A DNA stretch of 64,000 nucleotides. Origin: Candidatus Omnitrophota bacterium. Its GTDB lineage: Bacteria > Omnitrophota > Gorgyraeia > Zapsychrales > Fredricksoniimonadaceae. Below the pieces are notes generated by a model. The model made no database searches and had not been told where the DNA came from. It was given only the letters and a program-made list of their open reading frames with translations. Position 1 is the stretch's first letter; each line of letters starts with the position of its first letter. Both the position numbers and the translations under genes were made by a program. Positions 1 through 8,969 of this stretch are shown one piece after another. The stretch is taken from positions 938,397-1,002,396 of the forward strand of contig CAVYLG010000003.1 of NCBI GenBank assembly GCA_963769315.1. Reading direction: 5' to 3'.

Positions 1-527
1 ATGGAGCCCAGCACGGAAAACCACGGGGTCCAGATATGCGCCGGAATAAATAAATTCTTGGCATCGGCCTCAAGTGTTATCGCCAGCAGATCATAAGAAT
101 CCAGCCCCAAAATAGGACGGCCGTCGGACGAAATATTGCCGATGGCCCCCAGCTGAGTTTGGATTTTCTTGGCAACTTGCAGGGATGGTGAAAATATCAA
201 ATTATGCACCTTGCGCACCTTATCATGGCGCTTATAGATATTGGAAATTTCAACGGTAAGCAAAAAACGCACTGAGGCCCGGCAGCTTTTAGGGATTTGA
301 GCATCCAGGCCCTTGGCAAATTTATCTTTGAGCTTAAATAAGCCTCTTTCCGCGGGCTCAAGCTTTTCTTCCAATTCCTTAAACCATTTCGGATGCGCAA
401 AATCCCCGGTACCGACGATGTGAATACCCTTATATTGGGCCCAAAGATAAAGGTTTTCAAGATCAAGATTTTTAGCGGTGGCGCGGGAGTATTTGGAATG
501 GATATGCAGGTCTGCGATAAATTTCAT
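1..527 (-). CDS. Endonuclease Q-like PHP-domain protein, N-terminal part (3' end runs off the window)
   Basis: Minus-strand ATG at 525-527, then MKFIADLHIHSKYSRATAKNLDLENLYLWAQYKGIHIVGTGDFAHPKWFKELEEKL..., open to position 1. The HIHS PHP metal motif and GTGDF.HP.W are typical of the TIGR00375/EndoQ family. It is absent from the ORF track because no stop codon lies in the window. Confidence 0.6.
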   Translation of the reverse strand, partial: MKFIADLHIHSKYSRATAKNLDLENLYLWAQYKGIHIVGTGDFAHPKWFKELEEKLEPAERGLFKLKDKFAKGLDAQIPKSCRASVRFLLTVEISNIYKRHDKVRKVHNLIFSPSLQVAKKIQTQLGAIGNISSDGRPILGLDSYDLLAITLEADAKNLFIPAHIWTPWFSVLGS

Positions 528-600
528 GGGTGTTAGTATAACAAAAATGAATACCGCTGTATAGCTGCGTTCATCTCTTGGAAGCCTTGGCGAAGGAGGA

Positions 601-3084
601 TCAGACTACAATGCTCACAAGTTTATTAGGGACAACAATAAATTTCTTGATGGCCGCATTAGTCACATATTTGGCGACAGCAGGGTCAGCCAAACAAGTT
701 TTGCGTAATTCTTCCTGCGGCATATCAGGGATGACTTGAATTTGGGCACGGACACGGCCATTGACCTGCACCGCGATCACGATAGTGCTTGTTTTAAGGG
801 CGTTTTCGTTAAAGGTGGGCCAGCCCACGCGGATGATGGTCTCTTCGGTTTTCCCCATCATCTGCCACAGCTCTTCGGTGACATGCGGGACAAAGGGGGA
901 TAACAACACCACCAAGGTTTCAATGGTCTTATTTAATAAATTTTGTTTGGCAAGGTTGTTCTCACCGACTTTGTATTTATCAATAGCATTGGCCAAAATC
1001 ATCAGGTAACTGATGGCGGTATTGAATTTATAGCCTTCCTCAAAAGATTGAGTCACTCTTTTAACAGCATTGTTCCTTTCGCGTTCTAAAACAGCATCAG
1101 GGTCGTCTTGTGATTGAAATCGCTTCGTCGCTTCGCTCGCAATGACGTAACGTTTTTCAACCATCTGATACACCCGGTTTAAAAATCGCCATGCCCCCTC
1201 CAATCCATCGCTGTTCCATTCCAATTGGTCTTCGGGAGGTGCGGCAAACAAAATGAACAAGCGTAGAGTATCTGCCCCGTATTTGGACAAAACCTCATCA
1301 GGGTCAACCGTATTGCCGCGGGATTTAGACATCACTTCGCCGTCCTTGAGCACCATCCCTTGGGTCAAAAGCCGGGTAAAAGGCTCATCTATGCCCACCA
1401 GAAATAAATCCTTAAAAAATTTGGTAAAAAACCTTGCGTACAATAAATGCAAGATTGCATGCTCGATGCCGCCAATGTACTGGTCCACCGGCATCCAGTA
1501 TTTGGCGTCCGTCTTATCAAATATTTCTTCATTATTATTGGCTGAGCAAAAACGCAAAAAATACCAAGACGAATCAAAAAAGGTCGCCATGGTATCAGTT
1601 TCCCGTCGGGCCGGCTTACCGCATTGGGGACAGGCACACTCAACAAAGGTACGCACACGGGCCAAGGGAGACCCCCCCTCTCCGGTAATTTCGACATCCT
1701 TGGGTAGTTCCACCGGTAACTGATGGTAAGGCACCGGCACTACCCCGCAAACAGCACAATAAATCATGGGGATCGGTGTCCCCCAATAACGCTGACGGGA
1801 AATTAACCAGTCGCGCAAACGCCAATGAATACCGGCCTTCCCAAAGCCTTTAAGCTGCATCCATTCGGCAATTTTCTTTTTAGCCTCTTCGTTAGGAATT
1901 TTATCAAACTTCCCGGAATTAACAAGCAGTCCCTCCTCTTCATAGGCCCCGCTCATATCATCGACGGACCCCGAAGGGTTCTTAGGGTCTTGGATAACGA
2001 TGCGCATAGACAGCTTATACTGTTTGGCAAATTCGAAATCACGCTGGTCATGAGTAGGCACGGCCATGATGGCCCCAGTCCCATATTCCATTAAAACATA
2101 GTCCCCGATAAAAATAGGAATAGCCTCATTATTTACGGGATTGATCGCGTGGCGTCCGATGAAAACCCCTTCCTTACGCTGATCGCCTGACATACGCAGG
2201 GACTTGCTTTTATTTATGGTTTTTTCGATGAATCCCAGGGTCTCTTTTTCCTGCGGTGTTCCTGCGGTCAACTTTTTGACCAAGGGATGTTCGGGGGCCA
2301 GCACCACATAGGTGGCACCAAAAATCGTATCAGCCCGGGTGGTAAAAACGCTGATCGTCTCCGGAGAACCTTTGATTTTAAAAAAGATCTCCACCCCATA
2401 ACTTTTGCCGATCCAATTCTCCTGCATGGTGCGCACACGCGAGGGCCAGTGTTCCAACTTTTTTAAATCTTCAAGGAGACTGGATGCGTATTGCGTGATT
2501 TTTAAGTACCACTGCTCGAGGTCCTTTTGCACGACTGCCGTACTACAGCGCCAGCAAAGACCGTTAATGACCTCTTCATTGGCCAGAGTGGTTTCGCAAT
2601 CAGGGCACCAATTGACCGACGAGGCTTTTTTATACGCAAGCCCGCGTTCAAACATCTTGATAAAAATCCATTGATTCCATTTGTAATATTCGGCATCACA
2701 CGTGGAAAGTTCGCGCCCCCAATCATAAGAAAATCCCATCTTTTTTAATTCATCGTGCATTTGGGTGATGCAGCGGTAGGTCCATTGGGAAGGATTGGTT
2801 TTGTTTTTGATGGCGGCGTTTTCTGCCGGCTGGCCAAAAGCATCATAGCCGATAGGGTGCAGGACATTAAAACCACGCATCATTTTATATCGGGCAATCA
2901 CATCCGCAATGGTGTAATTGCGTACATGCCCCATGTGGATTTTCCCCGAAGGATACGGAAACATTTCCAATACATAATATTTCGGCTTCGAGCAGTCTGC
3001 CTGGACATGAAAAGTCCGACGGACATCCCAAAACTTTTGCCATTTGCTTTCAATATTTCTGATATCGTTAGTAGTATACGGCAT
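601..3084 (-). CDS. leuS: Leucine--tRNA ligase
   Basis: Intact 827-aa ORF with a HIGH-type motif (PSGKIHMGHVRNY) and a KMSKS-type motif (VMSKSRGN). Full-length LeuRS architecture, including the editing insertion. Confidence 0.97.
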   Translation of the reverse strand: MPYTTNDIRNIESKWQKFWDVRRTFHVQADCSKPKYYVLEMFPYPSGKIHMGHVRNYTIADVIARYKMMRGFNVLHPIGYDAFGQPAENAAIKNKTNPSQWTYRCITQMHDELKKMGFSYDWGRELSTCDAEYYKWNQWIFIKMFERGLAYKKASSVNWCPDCETTLANEEVINGLCWRCSTAVVQKDLEQWYLKITQYASSLLEDLKKLEHWPSRVRTMQENWIGKSYGVEIFFKIKGSPETISVFTTRADTIFGATYVVLAPEHPLVKKLTAGTPQEKETLGFIEKTINKSKSLRMSGDQRKEGVFIGRHAINPVNNEAIPIFIGDYVLMEYGTGAIMAVPTHDQRDFEFAKQYKLSMRIVIQDPKNPSGSVDDMSGAYEEEGLLVNSGKFDKIPNEEAKKKIAEWMQLKGFGKAGIHWRLRDWLISRQRYWGTPIPMIYCAVCGVVPVPYHQLPVELPKDVEITGEGGSPLARVRTFVECACPQCGKPARRETDTMATFFDSSWYFLRFCSANNNEEIFDKTDAKYWMPVDQYIGGIEHAILHLLYARFFTKFFKDLFLVGIDEPFTRLLTQGMVLKDGEVMSKSRGNTVDPDEVLSKYGADTLRLFILFAAPPEDQLEWNSDGLEGAWRFLNRVYQMVEKRYVIASEATKRFQSQDDPDAVLERERNNAVKRVTQSFEEGYKFNTAISYLMILANAIDKYKVGENNLAKQNLLNKTIETLVVLLSPFVPHVTEELWQMMGKTEETIIRVGWPTFNENALKTSTIVIAVQVNGRVRAQIQVIPDMPQEELRKTCLADPAVAKYVTNAAIKKFIVVPNKLVSIVV

Positions 3085-3171
3085 ATCTTTAAGAATAAAG
3101 AAGGGGATCAGTTTTCGGCCAATCCCCTTGAAGTTCTTGTAAGCCTGCCCCCGACTTTTCGGGGGTCGAGG

Positions 3172-3591
3172 TCATTGATGCGCCAATTCTTTGGCAGAAA
3201 CGGTATTTTCGTGATAATAATTCAAACCACGTTCGACATACTGCGCATGCACCTTTTGGGGCGAAAAATAGCGGCGGCAAAACTCTTCCGCTTTCTTGCG
3301 GTCAAAGGCCCTACAGCAATAAATATCCACGGTGATAAAATCTTTGGGGGCCAGTGTATGGATAACAATAGAGCTTTCAATTAAGGGCACCCATCCGGAA
3401 AGTCCGGCCTTATCCGGGAAACGCACCCCATCGGATTTAAAAATCGAAGGCGGCGCCTGTTTTTCCATGCCCAAAAAACCCACAATCTCGTCGAGAAAAT
3501 TATAGCACAACGTCAAATCGTCACATACGCCCGGCTTGCACTCATAAAGGTCAAGCAGAAGTTCATAGCCGAATACCGCAGTTTTATTCAT
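3172..3591 (-). CDS. speH: S-adenosylmethionine decarboxylase proenzyme (pyruvoyl type, class 1B)
   Basis: 139-aa ORF with the small prokaryotic AdoMetDC pattern, including the self-processing site ...PLIESSIVIHT... (Glu-Ser). Confidence 0.85.
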   Translation of the reverse strand: MNKTAVFGYELLLDLYECKPGVCDDLTLCYNFLDEIVGFLGMEKQAPPSIFKSDGVRFPDKAGLSGWVPLIESSIVIHTLAPKDFITVDIYCCRAFDRKKAEEFCRRYFSPQKVHAQYVERGLNYYHENTVSAKELAHQ

Positions 3592-3909
3592 TTTATGGGC
3601 CGTCCTTTTTTTCCGCTTTAATCATTCAGTAAGAAGTTGTATTATACAAAAAACCGCTGTAATTAAAAGATATTTTTTGCTCCCATCTTTTAACCCAAAT
3701 ATAGAGTATTTTATAACAAATTTCCTGCTGTAAATAATATTATTAAAAATTTATGTCTTCTACCCTACTGATCGTCGCATTCTGTCTCGGCCTTGCCATG
3801 AAAAAGCTAAATGGTGTTGTTCGCGGGACAATATATCGGCGTCAGCCAACATGCATGACTGCCCGCTAATCTTTTTGATTGGCGAGATCTTTCCAGCTTT
3901 GCTGGCGGA

Positions 3910-3933
3910 GATTCCTGCTTTCGCGGGAATGAC
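3910..3933 (-). repeat. Short hairpin repeat, copy 1 (GTCATTCCCG-loop-CAGGAATC type)
   Basis: The minus strand reads GTCATTCCCGCGAAAGCAGGAATC, with an ATTCC/GGAAT stem. A second copy with the same arms lies at 37688-37716. Both are intergenic. Confidence 0.5.
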
Positions 3934-3966
3934 AATTCAGCAAAAAAACTATGCCTCTCCTAAAAT

Positions 3967-3995
3967 TTGCTTTTTTAGGTCAAATAAATTAGAAT
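3967..3995 (+). promoter_or_regulatory. Candidate sigma70-type promoter of the thi operon
   Basis: TTGCTT (3967-3972), 17-nt spacer, TAGAAT (3990-3995), about 30 nt upstream of the thiS ATG. Pattern match only. Confidence 0.3.
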
Positions 3996-4024
3996 GAGTT
4001 TCCCTAAATCAAACAAGGCGGTCT

Positions 4025-4228
4025 ATGATGAACATTACCATTAACGGGACATCCCGACAATTAACCTCAGGAAAAAATCTGTCTGATATCGTCAGCGCCT
4101 TCTGCCAACAACCTAAACACGTGATCTCAGAGCTTAACGGCACCCTCGTCCCCTGTGAACAATGGGGGCAGACGTTCCTTAAAGACGGCGACTCCTTGGA
4201 ACTAGTCACCTTCGTTGGCGGTGGTTAA
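4025..4228 (+). CDS. thiS: Sulfur carrier protein ThiS
   Basis: 67 aa of the ubiquitin-like ThiS family ending in ...VTFVGGG. Followed by thiG at a TAAAATG junction. Confidence 0.9.
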   Translation: MMNITINGTSRQLTSGKNLSDIVSAFCQQPKHVISELNGTLVPCEQWGQTFLKDGDSLELVTFVGGG

Positions 4229-4229
4229 A

Positions 4230-5018
4230 ATGACCGATACTCCCTTGGTGATTGCCGGCAAATCATTTACCAGCCGATTCTTCCTGGGTACCGGCAAGTT
4301 CAAAAATAAAAAAGATTTGGCCGACAGCATCGCCGCCTGCGGCAGCCAGGTCGTTACCGTTGCCCTGCGCCGTATCGACCTGGAACGTCACGAAGAAAAT
4401 ATCCTGGAGTTTATCCCTCCCCATGTAACCCTCTTAACGAACACCTCCGGGGCCCGTAATGCCCAGGAGGCTGTACGTATTGCCCGTCTGGCCAAGGCTT
4501 CAGGCTACGGCAATTGGGTCAAAATCGAAGTGATCAATGACAGTAAATATTTACTGCCGGATAACCATGAAACCATCAAAGCCACCGAAATTTTAAGCGC
4601 CGAGGGGTTTGTGGTTATGCCGTATATCTCGCCGGATTTGTATACCGCACGCGCGTTGGTCAAGGCGGGTGCTGCCACTGTCATGCCTCTGGGCTCTTTT
4701 ATTGGCAGTAACCAGGGCCTGAAAACCAAAGAATTCATTCAGGTCCTCATCAACGAGATCGACCTTCCCATCGTGGTGGATGCCGGCATCGGCGCTCCGT
4801 CACAAGCAGCCGAAGCCATGGAAATGGGTACAGATGCGGTATTGGCCAATACCGCGGTCGCCACCGCCCAAAATCCGGCCATACTCTCCCGCGCTTTTGC
4901 TTTGGCTGTCGAGGCCGGACGTATGGCCTATTTAAGCGGACTGCCGCAGCAACAGCCTGCTGCAAAGGCCTCCTCGCCATTGACCGGATTTTTGTATGAT
5001 AACATTCCAGCAAATTAA
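4230..5018 (+). CDS. thiG: Thiazole synthase ThiG
   Basis: Full-length ThiG TIM-barrel pattern (…FLGTGKF…, …VMPLGS.IGS..G…, …DAGIG.PS.AA.AMEMG.DAVL.NTA…). I place the start at ATG 4230. The track ORF begins at an upstream TTG (4215) that overlaps thiS. Confidence 0.93.
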   Translation: MTDTPLVIAGKSFTSRFFLGTGKFKNKKDLADSIAACGSQVVTVALRRIDLERHEENILEFIPPHVTLLTNTSGARNAQEAVRIARLAKASGYGNWVKIEVINDSKYLLPDNHETIKATEILSAEGFVVMPYISPDLYTARALVKAGAATVMPLGSFIGSNQGLKTKEFIQVLINEIDLPIVVDAGIGAPSQAAEAMEMGTDAVLANTAVATAQNPAILSRAFALAVEAGRMAYLSGLPQQQPAAKASSPLTGFLYDNIPAN

Positions 5019-6015
5019 AAATATACTCGATGACAAGACTCCCCAAACCGTTGAGAATCTGGCCCGGGAGGCAGCATCGCTCACGCGCCGTCATTTCGGA
5101 AGAACTATTAGCCTCTACGTCCCTTTGTACTTATCCAATTTCTGCTCAAGCCATTGCACCTATTGCGGCTTTCACAGCCAGAACAAAATACAACGCATCA
5201 AACTCGAGCCTGAGCAATACCGCCGGGAAATGCAGTTCATCCATGCCCAAGGCATACGTAATATTTTGATGTTGACCGGTGAATCCTATAAACATACACC
5301 CGTGCCTTACTTAAAAGAAGCGGCCATTATAGCCTCGGATTATTTTCAAGGGATAACCCTGGAAGTCCATCCCATGGAAACTTCGGAGTATAAAGAATTA
5401 TTTGCGGCTGGGGTGGATGGTATCACCGTTTACCAGGAAACCTATGACCGGCCCCGTTACGCCCAGGTCCATTTATCAGGCTATAAAAAAGATTACGACT
5501 TCCGTTATGCCACCCCCTACCGGGCGGCAGAGGCAGGAATGCGCCAGATCTCCTTAGGCATTCTTTTGGGACTGGGGGATGCCGCAAGCGATGTTTATGC
5601 CCTTTACCGGCATTTAAGAGAATTGGAAAAATCCTTTCCGGGGGTCGAATACAGCGTGTCTTTCCCAAGGCTGCGCACTGTCAAGACGGAAACACTGGCA
5701 AGGTGTGATGTCGATGATATGCAATTTGTCAAAATCATTGCTTTAACCCGCCTGCAATTCCCCAGGGTGGGTATTAATCTCTCCACCCGGGAGGATCCTA
5801 AATTACGTGATCACCTCTTGGAGATCGGCATCACCCGTATGTCCGCAGGCTCTAACACTTCAGTAGGCGGCTACACCCTATTAGAAGAAAATTCCCAAGA
5901 CCCTCAATTTGACATCAAGGATATACGAACAGTCGATGAAATCGTCAAACTGCTAAAAAGCAAAAACTTTGATCCGGTGTTCACCGATTGGCGGCACATT
6001 GAAAACAGCCTATGA
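4996..6015 (+). CDS. thiH: 2-iminoacetate synthase ThiH (radical SAM)
   Basis: 339 aa with the radical-SAM cluster motif [10 protein letters not shown]. It sits in the thiSGHF context. Confidence 0.88.
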   Translation: MITFQQIKNILDDKTPQTVENLAREAASLTRRHFGRTISLYVPLYLSNFCSSHCTYCGFHSQNKIQRIKLEPEQYRREMQFIHAQGIRNILMLTGESYKHTPVPYLKEAAIIASDYFQGITLEVHPMETSEYKELFAAGVDGITVYQETYDRPRYAQVHLSGYKKDYDFRYATPYRAAEAGMRQISLGILLGLGDAASDVYALYRHLRELEKSFPGVEYSVSFPRLRTVKTETLARCDVDDMQFVKIIALTRLQFPRVGINLSTREDPKLRDHLLEIGITRMSAGSNTSVGGYTLLEENSQDPQFDIKDIRTVDEIVKLLKSKNFDPVFTDWRHIENSL

Positions 6016-6638
6016 ACATTTTTGAACAGGGACTCTTAAAATACCTCAAGCCCGAACATTTAACTTTGATCCAATCCAAAAAGATCGGTATTGGCGGTGC
6101 CGGAGGGTTGGGCTCTAATTGTGCCATAATCCTGGTGCGTTCAGGATTTAAAAACCTGGAAATCATCGACCAGGACACAATTGACGCCTCCAATCTAAAC
6201 CGCCAACAATATTATACCGCTGAGATAGGCCTGCCTAAAGTCGATGTTCTCCAAAAACGGCTTTTGGACATCAACCCTGATGCTCACATCCTCATTCATC
6301 AGGCCAAATGGCATGAAGGCAACGCGGAAGGTTTTTTTAAAGGTTTTGATTTTATCGTTGAAGCTTTTGATGGGACAGACTGGAAACACCGGTTCGTGCA
6401 GTATTATGCGCCCCGCTTTGCGGTAATTGTAAGCGGAATTGGTATGGCAGGCTTAAGCGAAAAAAAGCCCATGACCGTCAAAAAAATAGGTAATGTCTAC
6501 ATCTGCGGGGACCGTACCACCGACAGCGCCAAAGGGCATCCCCCCATGGCTCCCCGAGTGACCCAATGCGCCGCGATGATGGCGGAGACCATTCTTGACA
6601 TCACTCTCGGCCTTGATGTTAAAAAAGGGACACTTTAA
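6012..6638 (+). CDS. thiF: ThiF-family (E1-like) adenylyltransferase for ThiS
   Basis: 208 aa with the GIGGAGGLGS nucleotide loop and ...DQDTID.SNLNRQ... The start forms an ATGA overlap with the thiH stop. Confidence 0.85.
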   Translation: MNIFEQGLLKYLKPEHLTLIQSKKIGIGGAGGLGSNCAIILVRSGFKNLEIIDQDTIDASNLNRQQYYTAEIGLPKVDVLQKRLLDINPDAHILIHQAKWHEGNAEGFFKGFDFIVEAFDGTDWKHRFVQYYAPRFAVIVSGIGMAGLSEKKPMTVKKIGNVYICGDRTTDSAKGHPPMAPRVTQCAAMMAETILDITLGLDVKKGTL

Positions 6639-6652
6639 AGTGTCCCTTTTTT
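6621..6652. terminator. Bidirectional intrinsic terminator
   Basis: Perfect palindrome GGGACACTTT/AAAGTGTCCC (6627-6646), flanked by A6 (6621-6626) and T6 (6647-6652). It lies between convergent thiF and 6671..7327 and overlaps the thiF stop codon. Confidence 0.75.
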
Positions 6653-6670
6653 CATCCCCTTTTTCATGAA

Positions 6671-7327
6671 TCAGGACTGCACCACAAACGGGGGGACCAC
6701 CACTTCAAATCCTTGGGCCACTCTCTCAAAGTAAATACCCCTTACGAATAAATAATTAATTCCGTCAGCCGTAATGACCACATAACCTTCTGGGATATAA
6801 TCGACTACCGCTCCAACTACCGGGGGAATTGGCACTAATTGATCTGCGGATTGCTGATAAAAAACCCCCTCCGCATAAAAGTACGTTTGCCCGTCTACCA
6901 CAATGGCCTCGAACCCGTTAGGCACCGAAAAATCAGGAACAGTAATTACGTAGGTAAAATTATCATTATGACGTCTATCATAATGCAGGTCGTGATTAGA
7001 ATGATCGAATACCGCTACTGCATGGTGCTCAACTGCTTGATTTTGTTTAACAGGCTGGTCATGGTGAAAGGTTCGTATAGGTCTGAAAACAGGTGCCGTA
7101 TTATGAACGGTAGTCCGTGGCGGCTGCACACGCTGCTGTGGTGTAACGTGTACAGGTGGATTTGTATTCATATGCACTTCATGTTGTGTGAATTGCCCCT
7201 GACCAAGATTAAAATTAGGCGCAGGTGCAGGTGACCAAGCCGCATAAGCTGACATCGGGAAAGTCAAGAGAATAACCGTTAAGAAGGAAGCGATAAGTAT
7301 CGCATTGATATTTTTTATAGGTTTCAT
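6671..7327 (-). CDS. Secreted hypothetical protein, His/Pro/Gln-rich middle, Tyr/Phe-rich C-terminal domain
   Basis: Signal peptide (...LLTFPMSAYA-AW). The middle is low-complexity (...FHHDQPVKQNQAVEHHAVAVFDHSNHDLHYDRRHNDN...). The C-terminus reads ...DGQTYFYAEGVFYQQ...DGINYLFVRGIYFE.... An RBS (GGAGG) precedes the ATG at 7327; the track ORF starts two codons upstream at GTG. Confidence 0.6.
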   Translation of the reverse strand: MKPIKNINAILIASFLTVILLTFPMSAYAAWSPAPAPNFNLGQGQFTQHEVHMNTNPPVHVTPQQRVQPPRTTVHNTAPVFRPIRTFHHDQPVKQNQAVEHHAVAVFDHSNHDLHYDRRHNDNFTYVITVPDFSVPNGFEAIVVDGQTYFYAEGVFYQQSADQLVPIPPVVGAVVDYIPEGYVVITADGINYLFVRGIYFERVAQGFEVVVPPFVVQS

Positions 7328-7557
7328 AGCCACCTCCCTCGTTTCTCACTTCTTCATTCATCCTTCACCAATTTAGACAAAGAAACTTCCCTAAAAGTTC
7401 CAATATAAAAAGGGCCCCCCTCCTTACTCAGATAGGCCTCCCTTATCTGGGTTAAAGAAAAAGCTTTTAAACTAAATGTAGATTTGCCTTTTGAATTTAT
7501 CATGATTTACTTAAGATGGGGGGGCGATCTCAAAACCTGATTTAATCTTATTTGACT

Positions 7558-8658
7558 TTACTTAAATGCAACTCCAAAATGACAATATAAAGGCCTCTCC
7601 TGGCCATCACTCGGTCTGTTTACAGGGCCATTTTTTGATTTAAGATACATCTCCGATGACCCCCCTTGGTCGCAGAACATTGAATTTTTTACACCAAAAA
7701 GCAACATCACTTGAGCCATGGTCCTGCGATCAAGGCCCATGCTATAACCCGGTTGACGTCCATCTACAACCATAAGAACAAGCTTGTCGCCGCTTTCGTT
7801 TATTCCCATGCCCGTACGGGGATCCCGCAAATCATTCGGAAATGTAGTCGCGATCTGTGAATCGACAATCATGTCATATCTGCCCCATATTGTATTGTAT
7901 TTCTCAGGACTAAGTTTTGAATCAACAAGTTTTTGTGGATAATAACGCGCTTTGTTGTTGAGATCAAACCCAATAAGTGGCCGCTTATTAACATCGGTAA
8001 GTAAAACCGGATTACCTTTTACAATCCAATCACCTGTCCATTCACCAAGGTCGGCTTTAAAGTCTGCCGAAGGATCATCATACCAGTTAAAACCCGCCTC
8101 TCCATTAATAGCAACAACACAACCATATCCCCCGGCAAAATCACTAAGCAGTCTTTTCCTCTCTAAAGCCGGCGTGATACAAATCTGAAGGCCATGGTAT
8201 TTCAAATTAATCACCGCTACGTGAATTCTGACTTCCTTGGGTATGTTATTTTTAATTAAAATATACTCGACAGCCGGGTGTTGCGGCTCAACGACCATTT
8301 CCGCTCTTGGAAATATTTTTTTTAAACCCTGTCTAACTTTATTCTCATCAAAAAATAAGTTTTCCAAACTACCATTTTTTAACAAAGGGGCTCCCGTATC
8401 ATTGAGCAACCTATCTGTTCTGTAAGCAATCTTAATAATAAGAATCCCCGCCAATAAAAATAACATTAAACAAAAAATTAAAACTGCTCCTTTATTAAAC
8501 CCCGGACGTATGATGACAAAATAAAAAAATAAAAAGAAAAAGATAAGTACTAACAATAATACAGGCAGAGGAAGGGCAAGAAAATACTGAAAACTAAGAT
8601 AGGTTAGGTGGATACTTTCGTAAAAAAGATTTATTACAATACTTGTCCAAATATCCAT
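7558..8658 (-). CDS. Membrane-anchored phosphodiester glycosidase family protein (DUF2233/NAGPA-like)
   Basis: 366 aa with an N-terminal multi-TM segment. The C-terminal domain carries ...VAINGEAGF..., ...LVLMVVDGRQPGYSMGL...MFCDQGGSS..., characteristic of this family. Confidence 0.7.
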   Translation of the reverse strand: MDIWTSIVINLFYESIHLTYLSFQYFLALPLPVLLLVLIFFFLFFYFVIIRPGFNKGAVLIFCLMLFLLAGILIIKIAYRTDRLLNDTGAPLLKNGSLENLFFDENKVRQGLKKIFPRAEMVVEPQHPAVEYILIKNNIPKEVRIHVAVINLKYHGLQICITPALERKRLLSDFAGGYGCVVAINGEAGFNWYDDPSADFKADLGEWTGDWIVKGNPVLLTDVNKRPLIGFDLNNKARYYPQKLVDSKLSPEKYNTIWGRYDMIVDSQIATTFPNDLRDPRTGMGINESGDKLVLMVVDGRQPGYSMGLDRRTMAQVMLLFGVKNSMFCDQGGSSEMYLKSKNGPVNRPSDGQERPLYCHFGVAFK

Positions 8659-8786
8659 AGATACCCACGTGTAAATCCGTAGTACTTGAATAATCCTTTA
8701 TTAACCGGCTCCCCTGACACCTCACAGGAAATTACTTTCATCCACGCCTGAACGGCATCCCTAATTGCCTAATTAACACTAAAAAA

Positions 8787-8969
8787 CTACGAACAATGCT
8801 CTGCGAATAAATCGGTGGATAGATAACGTTCACCGGTGGAAGGAATAATCGCGACAATGAGCTTCCTCTTATTTTCCGCCCTCTGAGCCACCTTCAGCGC
8901 CGCTGTCACGGCCGCACCGGAAGATATCCCTCAAAGGATGCCTTCCGAACCGGGCGTCAATACCAAAAA
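8787..8969 (-). pseudogene. cysK: Cysteine synthase (CysK/CysM) 3'-terminal remnant
   Basis: The minus strand reads ...[52 protein letters not shown]. This matches the conserved CysK C-terminus (GISSGAA...ALK...PS.GERYLST.LFA). There is an in-frame TGA at 8931-8933, and no upstream ~250 codons exist because the mnmG stop is at 8970. Confidence 0.7.

Noticed and set aside
2755-3384. Long antisense or shadow ORFs inside confirmed genes. Examples are 2755..3384 (+) opposite leuS/speH, 20174..20779 (+) opposite the SBP gene, 10953..11390 (+) across the repeat and the lacI 3' end, and 55188..55637 (+) opposite tsaC.
   Set aside because: They lie opposite strongly supported genes, lack start-site signals and have skewed, low-complexity compositions. 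These are typical shadow ORFs.
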